From the NCBI GenBank assembly GCA_003599195.1, contig QZIZ01000066.1, positions 1,961 to 65,960 of the forward strand: a DNA stretch of 64,000 nt, in the 5' to 3' direction. Shown in pieces: positions 38,490 to 47,676 of the stretch. A program made the position numbers and the translations under genes. The notes under the pieces were generated by a model. That model saw only the letters and a list, made by a program, of their open reading frames with translations. It had not been told where the DNA came from and ran no database searches. The DNA is from Deltaproteobacteria bacterium. Lineage in GTDB: Bacteria; Desulfobacterota; Desulfobaccia; Desulfobaccales; 0-14-0-80-60-11. The stretch's first letter is position 1; each line of letters begins with the position of its first letter.

Positions 38490-39368
38490 TCATTCTCCTG
38501 ACTTGGCACTTGGAACTTGGAACCTGGAACTCAAAGGGGAACTCATCTCCGGCAGGGCGCCGTTCAAGGGCTTGCTCTCCGGCAGGATTTCCCCGGTCAC
38601 CTTTCCGAAACTCAAGACCCGGGTCCACCCCCGGGAAGGAGCCCACTTCTCATCGAAAAAGGCGAAGACCACCACTGCCTCATCGTCGAAAACCCGGTTG
38701 ATCAAGGTCACCATGACCTTGCGCCCCTGGGGGTCCTCCTGGCCCATTTGAATCGAGATATCCTCCGGCCGGGGGTAGGGAATGCCCCGGACCCGCAAGG
38801 TCTCTCCGGCCCGGGGACGGCCCAGCGCGCCCAGGCGGAAATTGTAAAACGCGCTTAAGGGGTCGTAGATCGGCTCTTTATCGAGGGCCGTCTCCCACTT
38901 AGGGAGCAGCCCCTTGCCTTCATGGTGCTGCCATAACTCCACGCGGCCCTGATCATAGTCGAAGCGGTATTCCTTGAGGCTGTATTTCCCCCGGCGCCGG
39001 CTTTCTTCCCGGTAGACCAGGGGCAGGAGACGGCCCTGGCTGTAGACCATCTCCGTGGCATAGTTATCCCGGCGGTTGCCGCTGAGGGCCTTTGCCAGCC
39101 CCTGGGCCTCCGCGGCCACTTCCGCCCGGTAGCGCCCCTCGCCCAGGTTCTTGAGGATGACCCGGGCCTTGGCCGCGCCGGTAAAGATCAAGACATCCAC
39201 CCGGAAGTGCAGGTCCTCCAAAACCTTTTCCGAAGCCGCGGCAGCCACAGCGGGAATCGGAAGCCCCGCCGCCGTAAACACAATTGATAATGTCATCAGG
39301 AAAGCGAGGAGCTTTTCCCTTTTCCCCTTTTCCCCTCTTCCCCTTTTCCCCGTTGCAGTATTTTTCAT
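38490..39368 (-). CDS. exported protein, DUF3108-like (tentative), paralog 1
   Basis: Paralogous to 39365..40174, e.g. 'GRYRAEV'/'DRYRARF', 'KEYRFDYDQGRVELWQ'/'KEYRFDYNRKVLEVWR', 'PIYDPLSAFYNFRLGA'/'PVYDPLTLFYNLRLGA'. The first ~24 codons lie in a purine-word repeat, so the real start may be near 39296. Confidence 0.7.
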   Translation of the reverse strand: MKNTATGKRGRGEKGKREKLLAFLMTLSIVFTAAGLPIPAVAAAASEKVLEDLHFRVDVLIFTGAAKARVILKNLGEGRYRAEVAAEAQGLAKALSGNRRDNYATEMVYSQGRLLPLVYREESRRRGKYSLKEYRFDYDQGRVELWQHHEGKGLLPKWETALDKEPIYDPLSAFYNFRLGALGRPRAGETLRVRGIPYPRPEDISIQMGQEDPQGRKVMVTLINRVFDDEAVVVFAFFDEKWAPSRGWTRVLSFGKVTGEILPESKPLNGALPEMSSPLSSRFQVPSAKSGE

Positions 39369-40174
39369 GGTATCTGCCGGGTTTCTCCGCCGGAGGATGA
39401 GAGTTGAGAGGACGCGGCCAAACCTTCCGTCATGATCTCCCCGGGGTTGAGCAGCTCGCCTGCGAGCTTGCCGAAGGCCAGCACCCTGACCCAGGCGTGG
39501 AGCGGCACTTTTTGGGGACCGGAGAAGACAAAATAGGGGCCGTCCTCGGAGCCTTGGCCCGACCTCACGAAGATCATGGTCTTGCAGCCCTCGCCGGTCT
39601 GCGGCCCGACTCTCAGGACCATTTCCCGGGGTTCCGGGGTGGGGACCAGAGTAACTTTCAGGGTCTGGCCCGGCGCCGCGGCCACGGCCCCCAGACGCAG
39701 GTTGTAAAACAGGGTCAGGGGGTCATAGACCGGCTCCTGCAAAGGGACTTCCGAGTCTTTTTCGAGTTCCCGGCCGTCCACCCCCCGCCAGACTTCCAGG
39801 ACCTTCCGATTGTAATCGAAGCGGTATTCCTTGGATACAGCCTGGCCTTTCTTATAGAACTTTTCCCTATAGAGAAGCGGCTTAAGCCTTCCATCTTCCA
39901 GGGCCATTTCGCTTTCGTAGCTCTCCGGTAGAAACTTTTTCAGGAGTTGCCAGGCGCCCTGGGCCGCGCCGGAAAACCGGGCGCGGTAGCGGTCCGGGCC
40001 CACCCGGGAGAGGCTGAGACGCACCCGGGCCACATCTTCGAAGAAGCCCAGGCTCAGGCGGTATTGCAGGTTTTCCAGGTTAGCCTGGTCACGGGCCGCG
40101 GCCGGAGAGGCCCCGGCCTGGCCCCAACCCAGTATGGCCACCAAAATCAAAATGCCGATAATGCGTATTATCAA
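39365..40174 (-). CDS. exported protein, DUF3108-like (tentative), paralog 2
   Basis: Signal peptide 'MIIRIIGILILVAILGWGQAGA'. Paralogy as above. 4-nt overlaps on both sides. Confidence 0.7.
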   Translation of the reverse strand: MIIRIIGILILVAILGWGQAGASPAAARDQANLENLQYRLSLGFFEDVARVRLSLSRVGPDRYRARFSGAAQGAWQLLKKFLPESYESEMALEDGRLKPLLYREKFYKKGQAVSKEYRFDYNRKVLEVWRGVDGRELEKDSEVPLQEPVYDPLTLFYNLRLGAVAAAPGQTLKVTLVPTPEPREMVLRVGPQTGEGCKTMIFVRSGQGSEDGPYFVFSGPQKVPLHAWVRVLAFGKLAGELLNPGEIMTEGLAASSQLSSSGGETRQIP

Positions 40175-40488
40175 TCCTTCTCTTCCTCGGGATCATCGGG
40201 CGGCGGGGGAGTCCACACCCCGGTGAAGAAGCGGTCGCGCCACCACTGCTGCACATCCTCCGGAGCCGATTTATCCACCAGTTCAAAGCGGTATTCGTCA
40301 ATGAATTGGACCAGCCTCTGGTAGGCCGCGTTAACCTGCTGCATCCGCTCCCGGTAGGTTTCTTCCTGGCCTTCGGGAGAACGGTCGGGATGCCAGCGCC
40401 GCGCGGCCCGGCGGTACGCGGCCTTAATTTCCCTGCGGGTGGCCTTCATCTCCAAATCCAGCAATTTTCGGGCTTCGTCCAGAGTCAT
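40171..40488 (-). CDS. stand-alone J-domain protein
   Basis: 'IKAAYRRAARRWHPDR' with the HPD tripeptide. 105 aa, with no Zn-finger or C-terminal DnaJ domains. Confidence 0.85.
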   Translation of the reverse strand: MTLDEARKLLDLEMKATRREIKAAYRRAARRWHPDRSPEGQEETYRERMQQVNAAYQRLVQFIDEYRFELVDKSAPEDVQQWWRDRFFTGVWTPPPPDDPEEEKD

Positions 40489-40634
40489 GGTCTATATTAT
40501 AAAGGAACTGGCCCCGTTTCGCCAACTTTGGGGCTTCTCCATCCTCTTAACCCCTCATACTCTCTTGTCTTCCCGGCCCTCACGTGTTAAGTTACTAGTC
40601 TCATATCTAAAATTTGGGAGGGAAACCCGGTTAC

Positions 40635-41186
40635 ATGACCCCCAAAAAAAACTTAGCCATGCCCGGGCCGGAAGTGGATCACACCCTGGAGCGCCTGACC
40701 CAGGAAATCCTTAAACGCCATCAGCATCTGGAGGACCTGGTCCTGGTGGGCATCCGCACCGGCGGCGCTTTCTTGGCCCAGCGCCTGGCGGATAAGATCA
40801 GCCGGCACACCTCCCGCACGGTGCGGGTGGGCGTCCTGGACATCACCCTCTACCGGGACGACTGGACCCAGCTCAGCCATAAGCCCCTGGTGGGGAAGAC
40901 GGAGCTTCCCGGCTCCATCGACGGTCAGGAGGTGGTCCTGGTGGACGACGTCCTGTTCACCGGCCGCACGGTGAGGGCGGCGCTGGACGCGCTCATCGAC
41001 TACGGCCGGCCCCGGCGCATCGAACTGGCCGTTTTGGTGGACCGGGGCGGCCGGGAACTCCCCATCCATGCCGATTACGTCGGCCAGACGGTGCAGCTGG
41101 CCCCGAAGCAGCGGGTCAACGTCTATCTTCAGGAAATGGGGCGGGAGGACGCGGTGGCCATCGAATCCGGGCCGCCGGCAAGATGA
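40635..41186 (+). CDS. pyrR: bifunctional pyrimidine operon regulator / uracil phosphoribosyltransferase
   Basis: PRPP-binding 'VVLVDDVLFTGRTVRAALDAL' and 'RIELAVLVDRGGRELPIHADYVG'. The start is uncertain (40635 or 40659). Confidence 0.9.
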   Translation: MTPKKNLAMPGPEVDHTLERLTQEILKRHQHLEDLVLVGIRTGGAFLAQRLADKISRHTSRTVRVGVLDITLYRDDWTQLSHKPLVGKTELPGSIDGQEVVLVDDVLFTGRTVRAALDALIDYGRPRRIELAVLVDRGGRELPIHADYVGQTVQLAPKQRVNVYLQEMGREDAVAIESGPPAR

Positions 41187-42430
41187 TCATGGCCCGCAAG
41201 AAGAAAGGGACGGGAGCGGAGGCCGCAGCCCCGCCGCAGCTATCCGCGGACGCCGCGGCTGCGCTCCAGGATTTGACGGCCCGGCTGGCCGCGGCCCTCG
41301 AAGAAGGCCGGGACCAGGAAGGCCTGAAGGAGATGGCGGCCGGGACCACCGGGGACCTGGCCTGGGACCTGAGCCTGATGGCCGCCCTCGGCAGGTTGGC
41401 TTATCCCGGGACGCCCGGGCTGCTGGCCGCGCTCTTCGGGACCGAAGCCGATAAAGTGCGGCGCAAGGCCTTGAAACGGGCGCTCCACCTCCTGAAAACC
41501 AAGGGGGTGCCGGTGCCGGAGGACTTGTTGCCCCGGGGGGAGGCCGTTCCTCAAAGGGCCCCGGGCCGGGGGCAGGCCCTGGCCCACATCTCCCAGATTT
41601 TAGGCAACGGCGACCGCTACGTCATCCTGGAAGGCCCCAAGGAGGTCCTGGGGGGCAACTTCCTGGTGTCCCTGGTCAACGACGCCGAGGGCATCAAGGA
41701 ATGCCATCTTTTGTCCGTCAGGCCCCGGGAGCAAAAGGAATTCTGGGACCATTTTATAACCCAGGGAATGGTGGAGTTGGCCGCCGCGCCGCCGGCCTAC
41801 GCGGTGCGCCTCCTGGAGGAGGCCGAAGCGCTGAAACCCGACGCCGAGGGGGTGAACCGCTACCGCTCCCTGCGGCCAAAAATTTGGCAGGAGTGGGGCC
41901 GGCCGGAGGACGCGGCGGACCTGGAAACCCTTCTGCCGCCCTTGCCCCCCGGGGAGCAGAGCCGTCTGGCGGACCAATCCCGGGAGTTGGCCCTGCACCC
42001 CCTGTTCCTTACCTGGCTGCCCGGGCCGGAAGAGATCACCGGCTGGCTGGAAAGACTTCGGGAAGTGCAGGAGAGCCCGCTGGTCCTCACCGACCAGCAG
42101 CGCCAGGCTCGGGTCAACGACCTGGTGGACGAAGCCGTGCGCGGTCTTTACCCCTCGGAAACCCGGGATCTTTGGCGCCGCCGCCTCTTGGACACCGCAT
42201 ATTTCCTGGATCTGAAGGGCCATGGTCCGGAAGCCCGGATGGCCCAGGCCGCGGCCCTGGACCTGGCTCCAGGCGCCCGGGGACCCCTGGCCGGGGAAAG
42301 CCCCTTCCTCAAGGCCCTGGTTTGGGAGACCCTCACTTTGACCCTGAAACAATTGGAGGAAGAGAAGAAGGAGGAGCAGTCCTCCCTGCTCCTGGGTTCT
42401 CCCACCGCCCCCGGGCTGATCCGGAGGTGA
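41183..42430 (+). CDS. hypothetical cytoplasmic protein (415 aa)
   Basis: Protein-like varied composition, unlike the Gly/Pro/Gln-rich antisense ORF. ATGA overlap with pyrR and 4 nt before yjbQ-like. No motif recognised. Confidence 0.7.
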   Translation: MIMARKKKGTGAEAAAPPQLSADAAAALQDLTARLAAALEEGRDQEGLKEMAAGTTGDLAWDLSLMAALGRLAYPGTPGLLAALFGTEADKVRRKALKRALHLLKTKGVPVPEDLLPRGEAVPQRAPGRGQALAHISQILGNGDRYVILEGPKEVLGGNFLVSLVNDAEGIKECHLLSVRPREQKEFWDHFITQGMVELAAAPPAYAVRLLEEAEALKPDAEGVNRYRSLRPKIWQEWGRPEDAADLETLLPPLPPGEQSRLADQSRELALHPLFLTWLPGPEEITGWLERLREVQESPLVLTDQQRQARVNDLVDEAVRGLYPSETRDLWRRRLLDTAYFLDLKGHGPEARMAQAAALDLAPGARGPLAGESPFLKALVWETLTLTLKQLEEEKKEEQSSLLLGSPTAPGLIRR

Positions 42431-42434
42431 TCTC

Positions 42435-42833
42435 ATGTTCGAGACCCTGTCCGTGCGCACCAGCCACCGCACCGAACTCCTGGACCTGACCTCCCAGGTG
42501 CAGGAAGTGGTGAATCAAAGCGGCGTGAGTGAAGGCATCTGCCACGTCTTCGTGCCCCACACCACTGCGGCGGTAACCATTAACGAAAACGCGGACCCCA
42601 GCGTCAAGGCCGACATCCTGATGGTCCTGAATAAAGTCATCAGCGATAAGGAGCCTTACCGCCATCAGGAGGGCAATTCCCCGGCCCATGTGAAGGCATC
42701 GGTCATCGGCCCCCACCTCACGGTCCTGGTGAGTAAGGGGCGCTTGGTGCTGGGCACCTGGCAGGGCGTCTTTTTCTGCGAATTCGACGGCCCCCGCTCC
42801 CGGCGGCTGCACGTGAAAGTGATGCAGGGGTAA
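42435..42833 (+). CDS. YjbQ/UPF0047 family (secondary thiamine-phosphate synthase) protein
   Basis: 'VFVPHTTAAVTINENADP' and 'GNSPAHVKASVIG' signature blocks. Confidence 0.9.
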   Translation: MFETLSVRTSHRTELLDLTSQVQEVVNQSGVSEGICHVFVPHTTAAVTINENADPSVKADILMVLNKVISDKEPYRHQEGNSPAHVKASVIGPHLTVLVSKGRLVLGTWQGVFFCEFDGPRSRRLHVKVMQG

Positions 42834-43012
42834 AGGACGGTTTTCAGTTTTCAGTTTTTGGGTTTTGGGTTTTGGTTGTTACAAAGAATTATAAATAATT
42901 GAGCATTTTTCTCTTTGTCTTCAGCGTCTCGATTAAAAAATCTTTTTACCTCATCTCATCCAGAGCCTTGGCTCACCCGTAAATTATGCGCCTTTCGGGA
43001 GGGCAGTTTCTT

Positions 43013-43046
43013 AACTTTGAACCTTGAACTTTGAACCTTGAACTTT
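43013..43046. repeat. GTTCAA-word array (reverse-complement orientation) upstream of the SGNH pair
   Basis: aactttgaaccttgaactttgaaccttgaacttt is complementary to the array at 45821-45851. Confidence 0.6.
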
Positions 43047-43076
43047 ATAAACCAAGACTAGCAACAGAGCCGCAAA

Positions 43077-44225
43077 ATGTCCCAACCGATGGCGTTTCAA
43101 AAGGAATCCTGGTTCCAACGGAACCCCAAGAAGACCTTGGCTCTGATCACCGGCATGGCCCTGATCCTCATCGTCTTCGCCGCGGAGAAGATCCTGCAAT
43201 TCTATAACCACCGCCATGGCGTCTTTTTGGAAACGGAATCCCGCTATATCAAGCTGGCGGAATACCGGCCTTTGACCCGATTTATGCTCCCCTTCGACCG
43301 GAACCACCTCGCCTTCACCGACAACGTCTTCACCAAAAAATATCCGTTGAACATCGATAAAGACGGATTCATCATGCCTTCCCGGAAATATGACCGGCCG
43401 GATTTAAGCATCGTCTTTCTGGGAGGGTCCACCACCGAGTGCATGTATGTGGACGAAGAAAACCGCTTCCCTTACCTGGCGGGCGTCATCCTGGAGCGGG
43501 AAACCGGCAGGAAGATCAACTCCTATAACGGGGCCATGGCCGGCACCAACACCCTGAATGCCATCGATACCCTGGTGAACAAGGTGCTGCCGCTTAAACC
43601 CCAGGTGGTGGTGTTCATGGAAAACATCAACGACATGAGCACGCTCATCTATGACGGCACCTATTGGAACCAAAAAACCTGGCGCTCCCCCATTCACACG
43701 GTGGAGAAAAGAAAGGCGATGCGCCAGCTCTTCATGGAGATCTGGTTTCCCAATCTCCAGGGAGCGTACCTGAATCTGACGCGTTCGCTGCTCCGGGGGG
43801 GGGTGGACCAGTTCGGCCATTACCGGGGGAAAGACCTGCGCCTGGATAAGACCAAAATCCACCGGGAATTCGACATGAACCTGCAAACCATCGTCGATAT
43901 TTGCAAAATCAGGCAGATCACCCCGGTGCTCATGACTCAGGGCAACCGCATCACCGAGAAGCCGGACCGGGTGGTGGCCGAGTACCTCAACCGCTGGGGT
44001 GAGCAGCCGGGCCTTAATTACCGGCAATTCAAAGAGCTGTACGATTCCTGCACCGCCATCATCCGGGAGGTGGGACGGCGCAACCGGGTCCTGGTCATCG
44101 ACCTGGCCGCGGAAGTTCCTCCGGACAAGAACCATTTTTATGACATGGTGCATTTTAACGACCACGGCTCCCGGTACGCCGCAGGCGTCATTGCGGCCAA
44201 GTTGAAGCCTATCCTTGGGCCTTGA
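43077..44225 (+). CDS. membrane-anchored SGNH-like hydrolase, tandem paralog A
   Basis: N-terminal TM helix. 'VFLGGSTTEC' (block I), 'YNGAMAGTN' (block II), 'VVFMENIND' (block III), 'YDMVHFND' (block V). Confidence 0.75.
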   Translation: MSQPMAFQKESWFQRNPKKTLALITGMALILIVFAAEKILQFYNHRHGVFLETESRYIKLAEYRPLTRFMLPFDRNHLAFTDNVFTKKYPLNIDKDGFIMPSRKYDRPDLSIVFLGGSTTECMYVDEENRFPYLAGVILERETGRKINSYNGAMAGTNTLNAIDTLVNKVLPLKPQVVVFMENINDMSTLIYDGTYWNQKTWRSPIHTVEKRKAMRQLFMEIWFPNLQGAYLNLTRSLLRGGVDQFGHYRGKDLRLDKTKIHREFDMNLQTIVDICKIRQITPVLMTQGNRITEKPDRVVAEYLNRWGEQPGLNYRQFKELYDSCTAIIREVGRRNRVLVIDLAAEVPPDKNHFYDMVHFNDHGSRYAAGVIAAKLKPILGP

Positions 44226-44230
44226 ATAGT

Positions 44231-44632
44231 GCTGTCAGCTGTCAGCCTTCAGCTTTCAGCTAAAGAAAATGATTATGTCCTTAGCTCCGAATCAAAGAAT
44301 CCAATAAGGGCAAATAACCCCGAAAAACCACTGAAAGCTGGGAATAACGGCCACTTAAGTCCCCCCTCCCTTGAGGGGAGGGGGTTAGGGGTAGGGTGGC
44401 GACTTTGGGCCACTGGGCTTCAAAGACGCCACCCCCTCCCTAACCCTCCCCCCTCTCAGGGGGAGGGAACCAATGGCGACCTCATCGCCGTTTGGCAATT
44501 CCGGGAATTTACGGAGTAAAGGGAAAAAATAGGTTTAAAAAAATCCATGGATATTTTAGAGGGTCTTCTTTTGGCATTCGTGGATTTATATTAGTTGCAA
44601 AAAGTTTTTGCTGATAGCTGATAGCTGACAGC
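44231..44632. repeat. AGCTGA-word inverted repeat enclosing copy 2 of the GC-rich nested-palindrome element (core 44306-44468)
   Basis: gctgtcagctgtcagccttcagctttcagc (44231-44260) pairs with gctgatagctgatagctgacagc (44610-44632). The core is near-identical to 28624-28786. Confidence 0.8.
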
Positions 44633-44668
44633 TATATCAACCCCAAAAAACGCCGTTAGAGAAGCGTA

Positions 44669-45817
44669 ATGCCTCAAGCGCCGCAGCCCCAAAAACAAAC
44701 CTGGTTCCGACAGAACCCCAAGAAGACCCTGGCCCTGGTCACGGCCGCGGCCCTGCTTTTCATCGTCTTCGCCGCGGAAAAGACCCTGCAATTTTATAAC
44801 CACCGCCAGGGGGTCTTCCTGGAAACGGAACCCCGCTATATCCGGCTGAAGGAATACCGGCCCCTGACCCGGATGATGCTGCCCTTTCCCAGGCACCACC
44901 TGCCTTACACCGATAACCCCTTTACCAAGAAATACCCGATAAACGTGGATAATGACGGCTTCATCATGCCCTCCCGGAAGCACGTCCGGCCCGACCTGAG
45001 TCTCGTCTTTCTTGGAGGCTCCACCACCGAGTGCCTCTTTGTGGACGAACAAAACCGCTTTCCTTACGTTACCGGCGTCATCCTGGAACAGCAGACCGGC
45101 AAGAAGATCAACTCTTATAACAGCGGCATGTCCGGCATCAACACCTTGAACTGCATCGACATCCTGGTGAACAAGGTGATCCCGCTGTCTCCCCGGGCGG
45201 TGGTCTTCATGGAGAATATCAACGACCTGAGCACCCTGCTCTACGAAGGCACCTATTGGAACCGGAACACCAGCCGTTCCCCCATTGAGACCCTGCCGAA
45301 AACCAAGATGCTGGGCAAGCTCCTCAAAGAGATTTGCATCCCCAATCTCAACTATGCTTATAAAAATCTGACAAGTTTTCTCTTTCCGGGCCGGGAAGAC
45401 GAATTCGCGCCCGCCCGGGGGAAGAAACTTGAGGTGGATCAGGCCAGGCTCACCCGGGAATTTGCCATGAACCTGCAGATCATCGTGGATACCTGCAAGG
45501 CCCGGGGGATTGTGCCGGTGCTCATGACCCAGGCCAACCGCATCACCGGGAAGCCGGATCAGGTGGTGGCAGCGTACGTGGGCCGCTTCGGCCGGGACGC
45601 GGGGCTCGGTTACCGGGAATTCAAGGAAATCTACGACGCCTTCAATGAGACCATCCGCCGCGCGGCCCGGCAAAACCAGGTCCTGCTCATCGACCTGGCT
45701 ATAGACGTGCCCCCGGATAAGACTTATTTATATGATATGGTACACCTTAACGACACCGGCTCGAAATATGCGGCAGGCATCATCGCCGCCAAATTGAAGC
45801 CTATTCTTGGGCCTTAA
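44669..45817 (+). CDS. membrane-anchored SGNH-like hydrolase, tandem paralog B
   Basis: Same length (382 aa) and the same blocks as paralog A. Long identical runs include 'NPKKTLAL', 'LQFYNHR', 'DGFIMPSRK', 'VFLGGSTTEC', 'VVFMENIND' and 'IAAKLKPILGP'. Confidence 0.75.
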   Translation: MPQAPQPQKQTWFRQNPKKTLALVTAAALLFIVFAAEKTLQFYNHRQGVFLETEPRYIRLKEYRPLTRMMLPFPRHHLPYTDNPFTKKYPINVDNDGFIMPSRKHVRPDLSLVFLGGSTTECLFVDEQNRFPYVTGVILEQQTGKKINSYNSGMSGINTLNCIDILVNKVIPLSPRAVVFMENINDLSTLLYEGTYWNRNTSRSPIETLPKTKMLGKLLKEICIPNLNYAYKNLTSFLFPGREDEFAPARGKKLEVDQARLTREFAMNLQIIVDTCKARGIVPVLMTQANRITGKPDQVVAAYVGRFGRDAGLGYREFKEIYDAFNETIRRAARQNQVLLIDLAIDVPPDKTYLYDMVHLNDTGSKYAAGIIAAKLKPILGP

Positions 45818-45820
45818 TTA

Positions 45821-45957
45821 GTTCAAGGTTCAAGGTTCAAAGTTCAAAGTTGGTTGATGTACGCAACCTCCGGGTTACAGGCGGAAAAAACCTTAAATAG
45901 TTTAAATACTTACGGGTGGATCTGTTAACCTTGAACCTTGACCTTTGAACCTTGAAC
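45821..45957. repeat. GTTCAA-word hairpin (68-nt loop)
   Basis: gttcaaggttcaaggttcaaagttcaaagtt (45821-45851) pairs with aaccttgaaccttgacctttgaaccttgaac (45927-45957). Confidence 0.6.
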
Positions 45958-45978
45958 TCATAACCAGGAAACAGCGAC

Positions 45979-47676
45979 TTGGAATACTTCTCCGAAGTCC
46001 AACTAGGCGGGTATACCCTGGCCGCCTTCAGGCAGGGCGCAGCCATCCGGGACCGTTACGTCCTCAAGGATTTCCTGGAGTATGTCCATATTCAACAAGG
46101 CTTACTGGCTCCCTACGACTCTTCCTATCCCCTGGTGGAACCCCGGGAGCTTCTGCCCTCCTTTGAGAAAAACTTCGCGGAATACCATCATCTCCCCAGC
46201 TTCAGCCTGGCGGCCTTTAACCGGCCGCTCTCCTACCAGGAGGAGATCTTCCAGTTCGATCTGCTGCATACCCAGGAGGAAGGCGGCAAAAAGGCGCTCC
46301 GGGAAAACCTGGACCGGATCATCCCCCATCTGGACCGGGACCTGCGCCCCGGGTTTAAGCAGCGCTTTGCCGCCAAAGACCTCACCGAACTGGCGCACTA
46401 CCAGGAGTTGGGGGAGTTTCTCTTCCACATGGACCGGGCCCAGGTGATCGCCAAAGACCACCGCGGCGATTTCCGTCTCTTGGGCGTCTATGCCTCCTTT
46501 CCTTCCGACCTGGATACCGAGCTGAAGACCTTCGGCCGCAGCCTGGGCAAATTCAAACGGCTGGACAGCCCCACCTATGAACGGGAGCGGTATTTCGTTT
46601 ATCAATTCCTCATGGAGCTTTACGGTTTTCCCATCGCCGCGGAGCGGCGCACCTCCGCGGCCCTGTTCGCCCGGAAATTGAGCCGCTTGAAAGAGCAATA
46701 TCTCGTCAAGGTTCTGGGCCAATCGGACCGGACCATCACCAGCCTGTCGGGGTTCGATCAAAAAAAATATCCCCTGGTGGAGAAAACCGCTTTGATTTCC
46801 TTGCCCAAGGCCCTGGCCGAGGCCTTGCCCCATCTCTGGGACCAGGGTTTCTACGCGGACCCCGAGCGGCGGGTGGCGATTTTGAAAGTGACCTATCAGC
46901 AGCACAAGTACAACCGTTTCAACGTCCTGGAGGACCGGGCCCTGGCGGTGGTCAAACAGGAGATCATCCATCCCTACCATGGGGGCCGGGACACCAGCCT
47001 CAATATCTTAAAAGACACCAAGCGGTTCCTGAAGGAACTCACCGACATCGTCCGGGGGGAACACGGCGGCACCATTTCCTACCGCCGCGCAGAGCTGCTT
47101 GCTTCCACCAAGACCCATGAGGAGCGCCTGAAATTTCTTTCCGCGTGGCTCACCAAGAACCAGCGGCGTTTGGGGACTTACAGCCAGGAATCCTTTGAGG
47201 CGGCCAAAAAGATGTTGAACACCTATCTGCTTAACCGGGAGCACCGGGAGGTCTTTGCCAAACATGCGGAGTTGCACCGGGAAGTGGTGCAGCAATTGGC
47301 TTATGTCTTCCAGGCCCATCAATTGCAGCCCCTGGAGAAGCTGAGCCAGAAAGATGGGCCGCCCATCGGCCCCACCCGCCGCCTGGAAGGAGCCCTGGCC
47401 TTCCTGGAGTCAAAAAAGGACGAACTGCCCTATTTCTACCCCGACCTCTTCGATAAATGCGTCAACCTGTGGGACCAGATTCTGGCTTATCCCTATTTCA
47501 AGGAGATGCTCACCTGGCCGGAGGCTCCCGCCACTCCCTTTAGGCGGCGGGTCTGGGAAATGCTCGTGCAGGGGCAAAACCTGATGAAGGAGCTGATGGA
47601 GCAACACCTCCAGGTGCATACGGAAGCCCAGCGGGGCACTCCTTTTCCGGTATTGGCTCCTAAAAAGCAGCCCTAA
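45979..47676 (+). CDS. hypothetical cytoplasmic protein (565 aa), no recognised domain
   Basis: Long ORF with protein-like composition. The only early start is TTG 45979, preceded by AGGAAA 7 nt upstream, since a TAA stop lies in frame at 45961. Stop TAA abuts the kinase ORF. Confidence 0.65.
   Translation: MEYFSEVQLGGYTLAAFRQGAAIRDRYVLKDFLEYVHIQQGLLAPYDSSYPLVEPRELLPSFEKNFAEYHHLPSFSLAAFNRPLSYQEEIFQFDLLHTQEEGGKKALRENLDRIIPHLDRDLRPGFKQRFAAKDLTELAHYQELGEFLFHMDRAQVIAKDHRGDFRLLGVYASFPSDLDTELKTFGRSLGKFKRLDSPTYERERYFVYQFLMELYGFPIAAERRTSAALFARKLSRLKEQYLVKVLGQSDRTITSLSGFDQKKYPLVEKTALISLPKALAEALPHLWDQGFYADPERRVAILKVTYQQHKYNRFNVLEDRALAVVKQEIIHPYHGGRDTSLNILKDTKRFLKELTDIVRGEHGGTISYRRAELLASTKTHEERLKFLSAWLTKNQRRLGTYSQESFEAAKKMLNTYLLNREHREVFAKHAELHREVVQQLAYVFQAHQLQPLEKLSQKDGPPIGPTRRLEGALAFLESKKDELPYFYPDLFDKCVNLWDQILAYPYFKEMLTWPEAPATPFRRRVWEMLVQGQNLMKELMEQHLQVHTEAQRGTPFPVLAPKKQP

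Noticed and set aside
40500-40634. PyrR-binding attenuator hairpin upstream of pyrR.
   Set aside because: No 'UCCAGAGAGG'-type binding loop or terminator/antiterminator pair is visible in the leader.
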